A DNA stretch of 64,000 nucleotides from the NCBI GenBank assembly GCA_965208575.1, contig CBDBOV010000005.1:32001-96000 (forward strand), read 5' to 3'. Position 1 is the stretch's first letter, and every line of letters begins with the position of its first letter. The position numbers and the translations under genes were made by a program. The notes beneath the pieces are model-generated. The model was given only the letters and a program-made list of their open reading frames with translations, was not told where the DNA came from and did not search any database. Source of the stretch: Spirochaetia bacterium (GTDB lineage Bacteria; Spirochaetota; Spirochaetia; SZUA-6; Bin103). Below are positions 19,595-29,424 of the stretch, in pieces.

Positions 19595-20807
19595 CGGATT
19601 CTGCGAGAAGCGGCTGCAACGGATCGAGCCGGTGCTGCGCCGCTACGTCGAGGCCGGCGAGTTGCCCGGCTACCTGCTGCTGATCTCGCGGCGCGGGCGG
19701 GAGGCGCTGTTCCTGTCCGGCGGCCAGATGGACGTGGAGCGCGCGCGGCCCTTCGAGCGCGACACCATCGTGCGCATCTACTCCATGACCAAGCCGATCG
19801 CCAGCGTCGCCCTGATGCAGCTCTACGAACAGGGTGCGTTCCAGTTGGACGATCCGGTGAGCCGCTACATCCCCGGCTGGGACCGGCTGCGAGTGTTCGC
19901 CGGCGGCGACGAGCACCACTTCGGAACCCGCGAGCCCGACCGCGAAGTGATCGTCAAGGACCTGCTCACCCACACCTCCGGCCTCACCTACGGCTTCATG
20001 CACAGCCACCCCGTGGACGCCATGTACCGTGCCCGCGTCTCCGCGAACGACCCGCTGGAGACCGTGATCGCCACCCTCGGCGAGCTGCCGCTGCAGTTCT
20101 CGCCCGGCACGCGCTGGCAGTACGGCATGTCCACGGACGTGGTCGGCTACCTGGTGCAGGTGCTGTCCGGCCAGCCGCTGGACGACTACGTCGCCGAACA
20201 CGTCACCGGGCCGCTCGGCATGGCCGACAGCGGCTTCACCGTGCCCGCCGGCCGCGCCGGGCGGTTCGCCGCCTGCTACGAGGGTGCGCGCGCCGAACCG
20301 GGCGCCCCCGCCTACCGGCTCACCGACAACCCGGCCACCAGCCGCTACCTCGGCCCGCCCGCCATGCTGTCCGGCGGCGGCGGCATGGTCGCCACCATCG
20401 ACGACTACGGCCGCTTCGCCGACATGCTGCTCGGCAAGGGCGAACTCGACGGCGTCCGCGTGCTCGGCCGCAAGACCGTCGAGTACATGACCTGCAACCA
20501 CCTGCCCGGTGGCCGCGACCTTGCCGCCATGGGGGTGCCGGTGTTCAGCGAGACCCCGTTCGCCGGCGTCGGCTTCGGGCTCGGCTTCTCGGTCAACCTC
20601 GACCCGGCCGCGGCCAACGTGATCGACTCCCCCGGCCAGTTCGCCTGGGGCGGCCTCGCCGGCACCTACTTCTGGGTCGACCCCGTCGAGGAACTGAGCG
20701 TCGTCTTCTTCGCCCAGCTCACCCACTCCGGCGCCGTCCCCACCAGCCCGCCCCGCGCCCTCCGCCGCCGCCTGAAACCCCTCATCTACCAGGCCCTGGT
20801 CGACTGA
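19587..20807 (+). CDS. Serine hydrolase, beta-lactamase class C / esterase family VIII
   Basis: SMTK, LLTHTSG, PGTRWQYG, WGGLAGT. Confidence 0.93.
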   Translation: MADGFCEKRLQRIEPVLRRYVEAGELPGYLLLISRRGREALFLSGGQMDVERARPFERDTIVRIYSMTKPIASVALMQLYEQGAFQLDDPVSRYIPGWDRLRVFAGGDEHHFGTREPDREVIVKDLLTHTSGLTYGFMHSHPVDAMYRARVSANDPLETVIATLGELPLQFSPGTRWQYGMSTDVVGYLVQVLSGQPLDDYVAEHVTGPLGMADSGFTVPAGRAGRFAACYEGARAEPGAPAYRLTDNPATSRYLGPPAMLSGGGGMVATIDDYGRFADMLLGKGELDGVRVLGRKTVEYMTCNHLPGGRDLAAMGVPVFSETPFAGVGFGLGFSVNLDPAAANVIDSPGQFAWGGLAGTYFWVDPVEELSVVFFAQLTHSGAVPTSPPRALRRRLKPLIYQALVD

Positions 20808-20846
20808 CCCCGTTTCCCCGGGCAGTCGCCGCGCTTGCCCCCACAA

Positions 20847-20881
20847 CTTGTAATCCGATAGTCTACCTTCCGATTTACAAG
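20847..20881. promoter_or_regulatory. Imperfect inverted repeat just upstream of the AAA ATPase gene (possible operator)
   Basis: CTTGTAATC...GATTTACAAG in an AT-rich patch ending 2 nt before ATG 20884. Confidence 0.4.
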
Positions 20882-20883
20882 GT

Positions 20884-22068
20884 ATGGATTACGTTCCGCG
20901 TTCGTTGACCGATCGACTACGAAGCTTCCTCGCGACCTTTCCGGTGACCCTCATCGTGGGCCCCCGGCAGGTCGGCAAGAGTACCTTCGTGCGCCATGAG
21001 CTTCCCGAGCACGCGCACTACGACCTCGAGCGCCCCGCGGACGCGGCCCTGATCGCAGCCGATCCGGAGCTGTTCTTCCGCGACCACCCCGGTCCGATCT
21101 GCATCGACGAAGTGCAACGAAATCCCGACCTGTTTCCGGTCATTCGGTACGTCGTCGACCAGCATCGAACTCCGGGCAGACTGGTGCTGCTCGGCTCGGC
21201 CGCGCCACCGCTCCTGCGGGTTGCCGCCGAGACCCTCACCGGACGCCTTGGAATCCTCGAACTGAGCGGATTCTCGACCGCCGAACTCGCGCCGCACATC
21301 CCGTGGCAGGAACGATGGCTCTGGGGCGGCCTGCCGCCCATCTACGGGTTACCGAACGATGAGGCGCGCATGCTGTGGCTCTCCAGCTATGTAACCACGC
21401 TGATCGAGCGGGACCTGCCGCAGTTGGGAGTACGGGTGCCGGCCGCCCGAATTCGCGCCCTGTGGACCATGCTCACCCACGTGAACGGCGGCCTGCTGAA
21501 CCTTGCGGCTCTCGCCCGCTCTCTGCAGTTGAATGGAGCGACGGTGCGCCACTACCTGGACGTTCTCGAGGGTGCGCTCATGATCACCAGCCTGCGTCCC
21601 TACTTCGCCAACGTCGGCAAGCGGCTCACCCGCAGCCCCAAGATCTACTTCCGCGACACCGGGATCCTGCACACCCTGGCCAACGCAAACAGCAGCCGCG
21701 GCGCACTCGACACCTGGCCGGGCCGCGGCGCGTCGTTCGAGACGCTCGTCCTGATGGACCTGATGGCCGCCGCCCGCGACCAACTCCCCGACCCGCGGTT
21801 CTGGTTCTGGCGCACCCAGTCCGGCGCCGAAGTCGACCTGCTGATCGAGTCAGGCCGCGACCTGCTCCCGGTCGAGGTCAAGCACGCTGCCGCCGTATCC
21901 CGCTACGACACCGCCGGCCTGACTCAGGCGATGCGCGACCTGGACCTGCCACGCGGCTTCGTGATCTACCGCGGAACCGACCAGCGCAAGCTGGCAGCCA
22001 ACGTCTGGGCCGTGCCCTGGGACGACGTAGCCAACGGCTCATCATGGCCCTGGCAGTTCTCCGAATGA
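20884..22068 (+). CDS. AAA_14 ATPase with DUF4143 nuclease-like C-terminus
   Basis: GPRQVGKS, IDEVQ, LLGS, ETLTGR, PKIYFRDTG, EVDLL...VEVK. Confidence 0.92.
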   Translation: MDYVPRSLTDRLRSFLATFPVTLIVGPRQVGKSTFVRHELPEHAHYDLERPADAALIAADPELFFRDHPGPICIDEVQRNPDLFPVIRYVVDQHRTPGRLVLLGSAAPPLLRVAAETLTGRLGILELSGFSTAELAPHIPWQERWLWGGLPPIYGLPNDEARMLWLSSYVTTLIERDLPQLGVRVPAARIRALWTMLTHVNGGLLNLAALARSLQLNGATVRHYLDVLEGALMITSLRPYFANVGKRLTRSPKIYFRDTGILHTLANANSSRGALDTWPGRGASFETLVLMDLMAAARDQLPDPRFWFWRTQSGAEVDLLIESGRDLLPVEVKHAAAVSRYDTAGLTQAMRDLDLPRGFVIYRGTDQRKLAANVWAVPWDDVANGSSWPWQFSE

Positions 22069-22075
22069 CAGCCCG

Positions 22076-22479
22076 TCACTCGGAACGCGACTCTCTCGTT
22101 CCACATCCGAACAACGAACGGGTGTAGCGAACTGGGTTCTTGTCCTTCACCAGGGTTCCTTCGTCAACGAAGCGCCGCAACCAGATCCCTCGTGTGTGTG
22201 CCAGCGCTCTACCGCCTGGCTCAGCAGGAATCCTCTATTCAGCAAGGATCTCAGCCGAATCTCGTCGACCACAGCGCCGCAGTGCGCAAGCAGCCGATCA
22301 GCCCCCGGCTCCAGCAGGTCGGCTGGCTCGGATTGGACTGATGCCAGGCAAGGCCTCAGCTTCCGGTACTCGCCGGCGGTAAGGACCTGTGCTCGTGGTC
22401 CACGATTGCTGACCACCAAGGGAGCGGTAAGCAGCAGGATCGCCGTCGTGTTGGCGGACAGACCATTTGTTTCGTTCAC
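22076..22479 (-). pseudogene. DprA/Smf-like gene with its core deleted (N-terminal domain fused to the C-terminal winged helix)
   Basis: LSANTTAILLLTAPL...RGFLLSQAVERW, then a frameshift in a CA tract and WLRRFVDEGTLVKDKNPVRY. Confidence 0.7.
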
Positions 22480-22642
22480 AATCTCGTGCCTTGTCCGAGG
22501 CTGTCGTTAGCCGGCGGCGCCGGTACCGCGATCATCATCGTCTTCCGTCCCACCCGGCCCGCCTGATCTGCCGTACGTCGGCGGTTGCCTCCGAGCACCG
22601 CCCAAGCCTTACGGACGCCTCGGTTTGCAGTAGTATAGCGCC

Positions 22643-23290
22643 GTGGAGCAACGGTTCTTCGAACAACCGATCCTGAACTCGCCGTACGAGTACCCGGGGC
22701 GGCACTGGGAGCTGGATGAGAACCGCCAGCCTACCAACCGAATCGTCGAGCGGCGCCGAAGCGTCTCGTTCATCACGCCTATCCCCGCGCCGCGCAAGCA
22801 GCGCGGTCGGCAACGCGCGTTCGAGTTCGATAAGGCGTCCAGCGGTCGGGACCGACGACCAGCATTACGAACTGACCCGGATGATCGAGAGCGTCCGCCA
22901 CAGCGTCGACGAGTGGCGCAAGCTGCCCCGCGCCAAGTGGCGGTTCACCCCCGATACGGCACGGCTGCTCCACCACTGGCGGCTGGCATGCCGGTGGCCG
23001 ACAACATTCCCGGCGCCGACATGCCCAAGTTCCGCAACCTGTGGGAGCACATCGGCAAGCGCATGCTCCGGAAGGGGCGCGCCAAGGCGGCAGCGCTCGA
23101 CCCGCTCAGCATTCCGGTAGAGCTACAGACCGCGCTCGAAGCGCTCTACGGCCACTACGTGAAGGTCTTCGACCAGTGGCGCGCAGTTGGTAAAGAGGAC
23201 TTGTACACGATGCAGAATGATCTTGAGACTGCGGCTGAAGCAGAGGTGCGTTTCGGTGAGCTGATCGGAGGAGCCCTGCGGGCGACATGA
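22643..23290 (+). pseudogene. Type III restriction enzyme Res subunit, frameshifted and internally deleted
   Basis: FFEQPILNSPYEYPGRHWELD N-terminus, TARLLHHWR, PVADNIPG..MPKFRNLWEHI; all helicase motifs are missing. Confidence 0.75.
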
Positions 23291-24483
23291 GAGGAGCCAC
23301 CGACCCGCGATTGGTGACGAGGATCGCCCTGCGGAACTACAAGAGCATCGCCGCGTGCGACGTACACTTGGCGCCGCTGTCCTTTCTCGTCGGCCCAAAC
23401 GGTTGCGGTAAGAGCAACTTCCTTGATGCCCTGCGCTTCGTGGCCGAGGCGCTGCGCTTCTCGCTCGACCACGCGCTGCGCGACCGCGGCGGCATCCAGG
23501 AAGTACGGAGACGCTCCGGCGGCCACCCCAATCACTTCGGCATTCGCCTCGACCTTCAACTCCCGGGCGTGGAGGGTTGGTATGCGTTTCGGGTAGCGGC
23601 GAAACCGGGAGGTCGTTACGGCGTTCAGCAGGAGGAGTGCTTCGTGCTCGGTGCTCAGGGCCACGGCTCCTACAAGGTCGCGAACGGCAAGGTTGTGGAC
23701 AGCACGACACCCAATCCTCCGGCGTGCGCCAGCGACCGCCTCTACCTCGTCAACATGTCCGGGTTCGATCTGTTCCGCCCACTCTATGACGCACTCTCCG
23801 GAATGGGCTTCTACAACCTGAACCCGGATGCGATTCGCGATCTGCAGTCACCTGACCCCGGCGAGCTCCTGAAACGGGATGGAAGCAACTTGGCGAGCGT
23901 GCTGTCCAACCTCGACGGAATCCGCAAGACGGCCGTGGAAGAATACCTCGCCGCGATAACCCCGGGGGTCGCTGGTGTAGGAGCGCGCACCATGGGCACC
24001 AAGCTCACGCTCGACTTCCGGCAAGAGGTGCGGGGAGCCAAGCATCCATGGCGGTTCCTGGCCAGTAACATGTCCGACGGCACGCTGCGCGCGCTTGGCG
24101 TCCTGGTGGCGCTGTTTCAGGGCAACGGCGCAGCGATGGGACGCAGCCACCTGGTCGGCATCGAAGAACCGGAGAGCGCCCTGCATCCGGCCGCCGCCGG
24201 CGTCCTCATCGACAGCCTCACCGACGCCAGCCAGTTGGCTCAGGTCGTGGTTACGAGCCACAGCGCGGATCTGCTCGACAACTCCGCCATCCCCGACAGC
24301 GCAATCCTGGCCGTCCTGTCCGAGCACGCCGAAACCAGGATCGGCCCCCTCGACGAGGCCGGCCGCTCCGCGCTCCGCGATCACCTGTTCACCGCCGGCG
24401 AATTGCTGCGGATGGACCAGGTGCGCCCCGATCCGGAGCAGGCGGCTCCCCAACAGCTCGACCTGTTCGCGAGCACACGCTAA
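23287..24483 (+). CDS. ABC-type ATPase (AAA_21 family)
   Basis: Walker A GPNGCGKS, signature MSDGTLR, Walker B IEEPESALHP, H-loop TSHS. Confidence 0.92.
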   Translation: MRGATDPRLVTRIALRNYKSIAACDVHLAPLSFLVGPNGCGKSNFLDALRFVAEALRFSLDHALRDRGGIQEVRRRSGGHPNHFGIRLDLQLPGVEGWYAFRVAAKPGGRYGVQQEECFVLGAQGHGSYKVANGKVVDSTTPNPPACASDRLYLVNMSGFDLFRPLYDALSGMGFYNLNPDAIRDLQSPDPGELLKRDGSNLASVLSNLDGIRKTAVEEYLAAITPGVAGVGARTMGTKLTLDFRQEVRGAKHPWRFLASNMSDGTLRALGVLVALFQGNGAAMGRSHLVGIEEPESALHPAAAGVLIDSLTDASQLAQVVVTSHSADLLDNSAIPDSAILAVLSEHAETRIGPLDEAGRSALRDHLFTAGELLRMDQVRPDPEQAAPQQLDLFASTR

Positions 24484-24486
24484 CGG

Positions 24487-25065
24487 ATGTCGACCATCGT
24501 CGCGATAGTGGAAGGGCCGGGCGAAGTGGAAGCCGTACCGATCCTGATCCGGCGCATCGCCGCGGCGCTTCCCAGCGCCGCACCGCACGTGCCGAGACCG
24601 ATTCGGATTAAGCGCGACCGCTTCCTCAAGGCAAACGAACTGGAGCGATACGTTGACTTGGCGGCCCGCCAGTCCGGCCCCGATGGTGGAGTACTCATCG
24701 TACTGGACGCCGACGATGACTGTCCCCCGGAACTCGCTGCAACGATTCTCCGGCGGGCCACGCGCGCACGCAGCGACCGCCCGATCAGGGTAGTCCTGGC
24801 GAAGCGAGAGTACGAGGCGTGGTTCCTCGCCGCGGCGGCCTCGATCGCGGGCCGCCGCGGCCTCGCGGGAGACATCACCGCGCCAACTGAAGCCGAGTCG
24901 ATCCGCGACGCCAAGGGATGGCTGACCTCGTGCATGCCACCGGGCCGTGCCTACAAAGAGACGCGGGACCAGCCCGCGCTGACCAGCATGTTCGATCTCG
25001 CCGCGGCGAGGCGCGGAGCCCCCTCATTCGACAAGATGTGGCGCACGGTGACCCAGTTGCTATGA
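24487..25065 (+). CDS. DUF4276-family TOPRIM-like protein
   Basis: IVEGPGE, LDADDDCP, EYEAWFLA; starts 3 nt after the ATPase stop. Confidence 0.85.
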   Translation: MSTIVAIVEGPGEVEAVPILIRRIAAALPSAAPHVPRPIRIKRDRFLKANELERYVDLAARQSGPDGGVLIVLDADDDCPPELAATILRRATRARSDRPIRVVLAKREYEAWFLAAAASIAGRRGLAGDITAPTEAESIRDAKGWLTSCMPPGRAYKETRDQPALTSMFDLAAARRGAPSFDKMWRTVTQLL

Positions 25066-25197
25066 CTCGCTTGGTCGGGCCAAGAGCAGGAGTGGTACGA
25101 TGACGCGATGCAGGGAGCTTCCATGAGAGCAGCGACGGCCGGCGGCGGATCGGGTGGCAAGCCATGGGGACAGTTGAAACCGGTCACTTCAAACAGT

Positions 25198-25317
25198 TTG
25201 AGCAGAGAACAGGTCCTCGCTCTGCTGCGCGCGCACAAGGCGACCCCTGCGCAGCGCTTTGATGTTGCTGAACTCGCCCTGTTCGGCTCCGTCGCCCACG
25301 ACCAGGCCGCCGATGAC
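25198..25317 (+). pseudogene. N-terminal fragment of a minimal nucleotidyltransferase (MNT antitoxin)
   Basis: LSREQVLALLRAHK...RFDVAELALFGSVA; breaks off before SDIDLLV and has no HEPN partner. Confidence 0.65.
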
Positions 25318-25416
25318 TTGGCGCGACTGCTGTCACGTCCTAATGCGACCGACACGCTACCGCTCAGCGCGTGACAATACATCACCAAACTTACGAGCCA
25401 CAGCACTAAGGTGGAA

Positions 25417-26124
25417 ATGGAACTAGTGACGGAATCCGACTTCCACGACGAAATGAAGAGCCTCTATCGCCGATCCGGGGATGCCATTGGCTACTGGCCC
25501 AGCCGTTTCCTCGCTGCTGTCAAGGCGCACGGAGGCGTTACGTACGCCAAGAAGCTTCTCGCACCCGGAGCCCCAAGCGCGGGATTGGCTCGGTTGGTCG
25601 AGGCAGGCCGCGCAGACCTCAGTGTTGAGTACCTCGCACTGGATAAGCGCTATCGGCACTTCTTCACCAAGGACGAGCGTGACGAGGCCAAGAGCCGACT
25701 GCCACCTCTATCCGGTCCAGCCTTTCCTGACCTAGCCCCACCCGATCAGCCAGCAACAGTCGGCGAGCTGAGCAAGAAGGAGATCTACAAGGAAGGGGAT
25801 GTCCAACGAGTGATGGTGAATCGCTACGAGCGTGACCCCAAGGCGCGTGACGACTGCATCGATCATCACGGACTCCGATGCGCGGTATGCGACCTGAGTT
25901 TCGAGGAGCGGTACGGCGACCCGGGCACAGGATTCATTCACGTCCACCACACGCGCCCGCTACACCGAAAGAGAACCTCAAGTCCCGTGAACCCGAAGAC
26001 TGATCTGATCCCCGTCTGCCCGAACTGTCACGCGATGCTGCACCGCCGCGATCCGCCCTATGATGTCGCGCAACTCAGAAGGATGCTGCGACCGATCAAT
26101 CAGCGATCTGCCGGGGGCCAATAG
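25417..26124 (+). CDS. HNH endonuclease (McrA-like C-terminus) with an uncharacterised N-terminal domain
   Basis: EG...VNRYERDPKAR, CAVC, FIHVHH, DLIPVCPNCHAMLH. Confidence 0.9.
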   Translation: MELVTESDFHDEMKSLYRRSGDAIGYWPSRFLAAVKAHGGVTYAKKLLAPGAPSAGLARLVEAGRADLSVEYLALDKRYRHFFTKDERDEAKSRLPPLSGPAFPDLAPPDQPATVGELSKKEIYKEGDVQRVMVNRYERDPKARDDCIDHHGLRCAVCDLSFEERYGDPGTGFIHVHHTRPLHRKRTSSPVNPKTDLIPVCPNCHAMLHRRDPPYDVAQLRRMLRPINQRSAGGQ

Positions 26125-26339
26125 CGACCGCGCATCCATCGATAGCACTCAGAGACAGCTTCCTCTATGGATGTCCGTGTCCCGTCCCGCGGAAGTTGCA
26201 TCGGACGCCCACGGTGCTGTAAACGCACGGTTTCTCAACGCTCGCCCGCCAAATAGTTGCGCCGCTCCGGTGTGCGGGTGATGTTCAAGACGCCCGCCGC
26301 TCCGCCTAACGATACGTCCGCACGCTGTTCTCGTGGCGC

Positions 26340-26590
26340 TGCTGAGGCGGTCGGCTCGATGCACCTCGCCAAGGGTCTGGAGTTTCGCGCCGCGGTAGTC
26401 GCCGCCTGCAACGACGAGATACTGCCTTCGCAAGAGAGAGAATCGCGCGAGTCGGCGACCAAACCGAACCTGACGAGGTCTACACCACCGAACGCCACCT
26501 TCTGTACGTCGCGTGGACGTGCGCTTGCGTCCATCTCCTGGTCACCGGCGTGGACCCGGCTCCGCGTTCCTCGACGATCTCGCACACCTC
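26340..26590 (+). pseudogene. C-terminal fragments of a UvrD-like SF1 helicase
   Basis: SMHLAKGLEFRA in one frame and EVYTTERHLLYVA...LLVTGV in another. Confidence 0.75.
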
Positions 26591-26666
26591 CCCCAGTTGC
26601 CGCACTGGATGGCCACACGAAGTGAAGCTTGAAAACATTCGTACACTGTGGGATCGTTTGCAACCG

Positions 26667-27647
26667 ATGATTACCGCAACCGACCATTGCATGATCTGGC
26701 CTCTCTGTACCGCAAGCATTCGTCCTGGTACAGCGTCGGCGATTTCGCACATCGATTCGCACAGAGCCGGTGGCCGCTATAGGCTAACCATCCAAGCAGC
26801 GATGAGCCTTCAATCTCTCCAGGAAGAAGTGAGGGCCCGGCTCACCACTCTACTAATCGAACAACGGCGTCAGGGCAACCCTGAACCGGACGTTACTCAG
26901 TCTCTTATCGACGGAGCACTCAACAAGCCGCCCCTTGAAGTGGCCGAACGTGCAGACAGGCTGCTCAGATACCTTGTTCAGTGTTCCAATCAAATTGGAC
27001 ATAATCTTCGGTTTGACCTAAGCAATGGTTCCGAATCGACCCTCAGCTATGGCGCTCTTGCATGGTCGGAATCAACAACACCTCAGGAAGTGCATTATTT
27101 ACTTAGGTACTTGACAAAACAAGATTGGATCACTGAACCGGGAGCTGATGTATTCAGTGTGTCCGTGGATGGCCACGGTCGTGTCTCTGATCTCAACACC
27201 AATCCCGATTCGGCTCAGGCCTTTGTAGCTATGTGGTTCGGAGAGGAAATGGACAGCGTTTACGAAAATGGTATCAAGCCGGCAATCGAACTGGCTGGGT
27301 ATACACCCATGAGAATCGACAAGAAGGATGACGTAGTCAAGATTGACGACGAAATAGTCACAGAGATTAGGCGCTCAAGATTCCTTGTAGCAGACTCCAC
27401 TCATGGCGACGACGGTGCGCGTGGCGGGGTCTACTTTGAGGCAGGATTTGCATTTGGCATCGGTATACCGGTTATCTACACCTGTCGAGATGATGTGGTT
27501 GAAAAAATCCATTTCGATACACGTCAATATCACCATACTATTTGGAAGAGTGCAGAAGACCTTCGAGAAGGTCTAAAGAACAGGATTATTGCACTCATGG
27601 GAGAGGGACCCAACGTAGGAGGCTCAGCAATAATACGAACAGAGTGA
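26667..27647 (+). CDS. Protein with a C-terminal nucleoside 2-deoxyribosyltransferase/TIR-like domain
   Basis: AFVAMWF, IKPAI...GY.PMRID, IRRSRFLVAD, GVYFEAGFA.G.GIPVI, HFDTRQY; visibly more AT-rich than its flanks. Confidence 0.8.
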   Translation: MITATDHCMIWPLCTASIRPGTASAISHIDSHRAGGRYRLTIQAAMSLQSLQEEVRARLTTLLIEQRRQGNPEPDVTQSLIDGALNKPPLEVAERADRLLRYLVQCSNQIGHNLRFDLSNGSESTLSYGALAWSESTTPQEVHYLLRYLTKQDWITEPGADVFSVSVDGHGRVSDLNTNPDSAQAFVAMWFGEEMDSVYENGIKPAIELAGYTPMRIDKKDDVVKIDDEIVTEIRRSRFLVADSTHGDDGARGGVYFEAGFAFGIGIPVIYTCRDDVVEKIHFDTRQYHHTIWKSAEDLREGLKNRIIALMGEGPNVGGSAIIRTE

Positions 27648-28110
27648 ATTCAAGCCCAAGCGGAATCTGCGTCGATTCGTAGTATCTCCGCAAGCGGTTG
27701 TTTTGAGCCTACGGGAGCCACGTCGACTCGACTTGAGAGTACGCATTGCTACTGGTACTGGGAACGTGTTTCCCGTGCCCAGTGTTTCGGTCGGTAATTG
27801 AAGCAATGATAAAACGTCTCAATCCTTTCTCAAGCGCGAATACAACAGGGTGATGACGATGGGCGACGATTGACGACGCTTCCCACTGGGGAAATGGCTT
27901 CGCTCCGGCGCTCGCCAAACACATGGCAGGCTCTTCCAGCGGTCACGGTCGTCTCAGGACCTGGCATCGATGGCACCATAGCCAGGCTACATCGGAGATC
28001 ACGCCCGCTTCGATCGCTGTTGTGCAGCGGGTCGAGCGCGGCCACCCGAGCAGTATGACCAAACCGGTGCGGCTCTCACGTCAAGCACCGATGCGTCCTG
28101 CGTAGTCCAC

Positions 28111-29364
28111 CAGGGCAATCGACCGAATATTTTGGGTAGGGTGACAGACAGGCGGTGATCAGTATGTACTGAAGGAGCTAGGAAATAGCTCTGGGAGGGG
28201 CATTCTGATGAACGATGACAGTGGTGGTGATGTCGAATTCTTAGGCAGTTTCGACGCTCTCGACGACCCGCGCCAGCAGGCGAAGGTGCTCTATCCGCTG
28301 CCGGAGATCCTGTTGCTGTGCCTGTGCGCAGTGCTCGGCGGTGCCGATAGCTGGGTCGAGGTGGCGCTGTATGGCCAGCAGAAGCTGAAGTTTCTGCGCC
28401 GCTTCTTGCCATTCGCCCATGGGGTCCCATCGCATGACCAACTGGGGAACGTGTTCGCGCGGCTGGACGCGCAGCAGTTCCAGAGTTGTTTCATCGCCTG
28501 GGTGGAGCGGTTTACGGCGGCGGTGCGTGGAGTGGTGGCGGTAGATGGCAAGACGCTGCGGCGCTCGCTTGATCGCGCTGCCGAGCAGGGACCGATCCAT
28601 ATGATCTCGGCGTGGAGTAGCCAGCAGCGGCTGGTGCTGGGCCAGTGCAAGGTGGCGGACAAGTCGAACGAGATCCCGGCGATCCCGGAGCTGTTGCGGT
28701 TGCTGGAGTTGCACGGCGCGGTGGTGACCATCGACGCGATGGGCTGCCAGCGCGAGATCGGTGCCCGGATCATCGAGCAGAAAGCAGACTATGTATTGGG
28801 TCTGAAAGGAAATCAGGGGACGCTGCATAAGGATGTGGCGTTGTTCTTCGACGAACGACAGGATGGCTTCGCCGGGCACCAAGTCACGGTACATGAGAGT
28901 AGTGACAAGGGCCACGGACGTCTGGAGACGCGGCGGGTGGTAGCGACCGAGGACATCGCGTGGCTGCAGCAGGACCACCGCTGGCCGGGGCTGCGCAGCA
29001 TCGTGAAGGTGGAGAGCCGGCGTGAACTATTGGTCGAGGACAAGGTCGAAACCGAGACGCGCTACTACATCAGCTCGTTGCCGGCGGATGCCGAGCAGAT
29101 CGGCCACGCGATACGCAGCCACTGGGGCGTCGAGAATGGGCTGCACTGGGTGATGGACATGGTGTTCCGCGATGACGAGTGCCGCATACGGAGCGGGCAC
29201 GCGCCGGCGAACTTCGCCACCATCAAGCACATGGCCAGCAATCTCCTGCGGCGCGGCAAGGGCAAACACAGCATGCGCGCCAGTCGTCACATCGCTGCCT
29301 GGAATGAGGACTTTCTCTACTCGCTGCTCACGACCTGAGTAAATCCACTCAGTCGATTGCCCTG
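28111..29364 (+). mobile_element. Complete ISAs1-family insertion sequence
   Basis: Terminal inverted repeats CAGGGCAATCGAC(C/T)GA (15/16 match); perfect 10-bp target duplication CGTAGTCCAC at 28101-28110 and 29365-29374. Confidence 0.95.
28208..29338 (+). CDS. ISAs1-family transposase
   Basis: DPRQ, PSHD, AVDGKTLR, KSNEIPA, TIDAMGCQ, LKGNQ, GHGRLETR, RSHWGVENGLHW. Confidence 0.97.
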   Translation: MNDDSGGDVEFLGSFDALDDPRQQAKVLYPLPEILLLCLCAVLGGADSWVEVALYGQQKLKFLRRFLPFAHGVPSHDQLGNVFARLDAQQFQSCFIAWVERFTAAVRGVVAVDGKTLRRSLDRAAEQGPIHMISAWSSQQRLVLGQCKVADKSNEIPAIPELLRLLELHGAVVTIDAMGCQREIGARIIEQKADYVLGLKGNQGTLHKDVALFFDERQDGFAGHQVTVHESSDKGHGRLETRRVVATEDIAWLQQDHRWPGLRSIVKVESRRELLVEDKVETETRYYISSLPADAEQIGHAIRSHWGVENGLHWVMDMVFRDDECRIRSGHAPANFATIKHMASNLLRRGKGKHSMRASRHIAAWNEDFLYSLLTT

Positions 29365-29424
29365 CGTAGTCCACCCGTGCAGGTTGACAGGGTGGGAGGG
29401 GTGCTGGATGAATGGCGGGCAGCT

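Noticed and set aside
27650-28100. Possible small genes after the NDT-like gene
   Set aside because: Short ORFs with no motif or RBS; probably degraded sequence.
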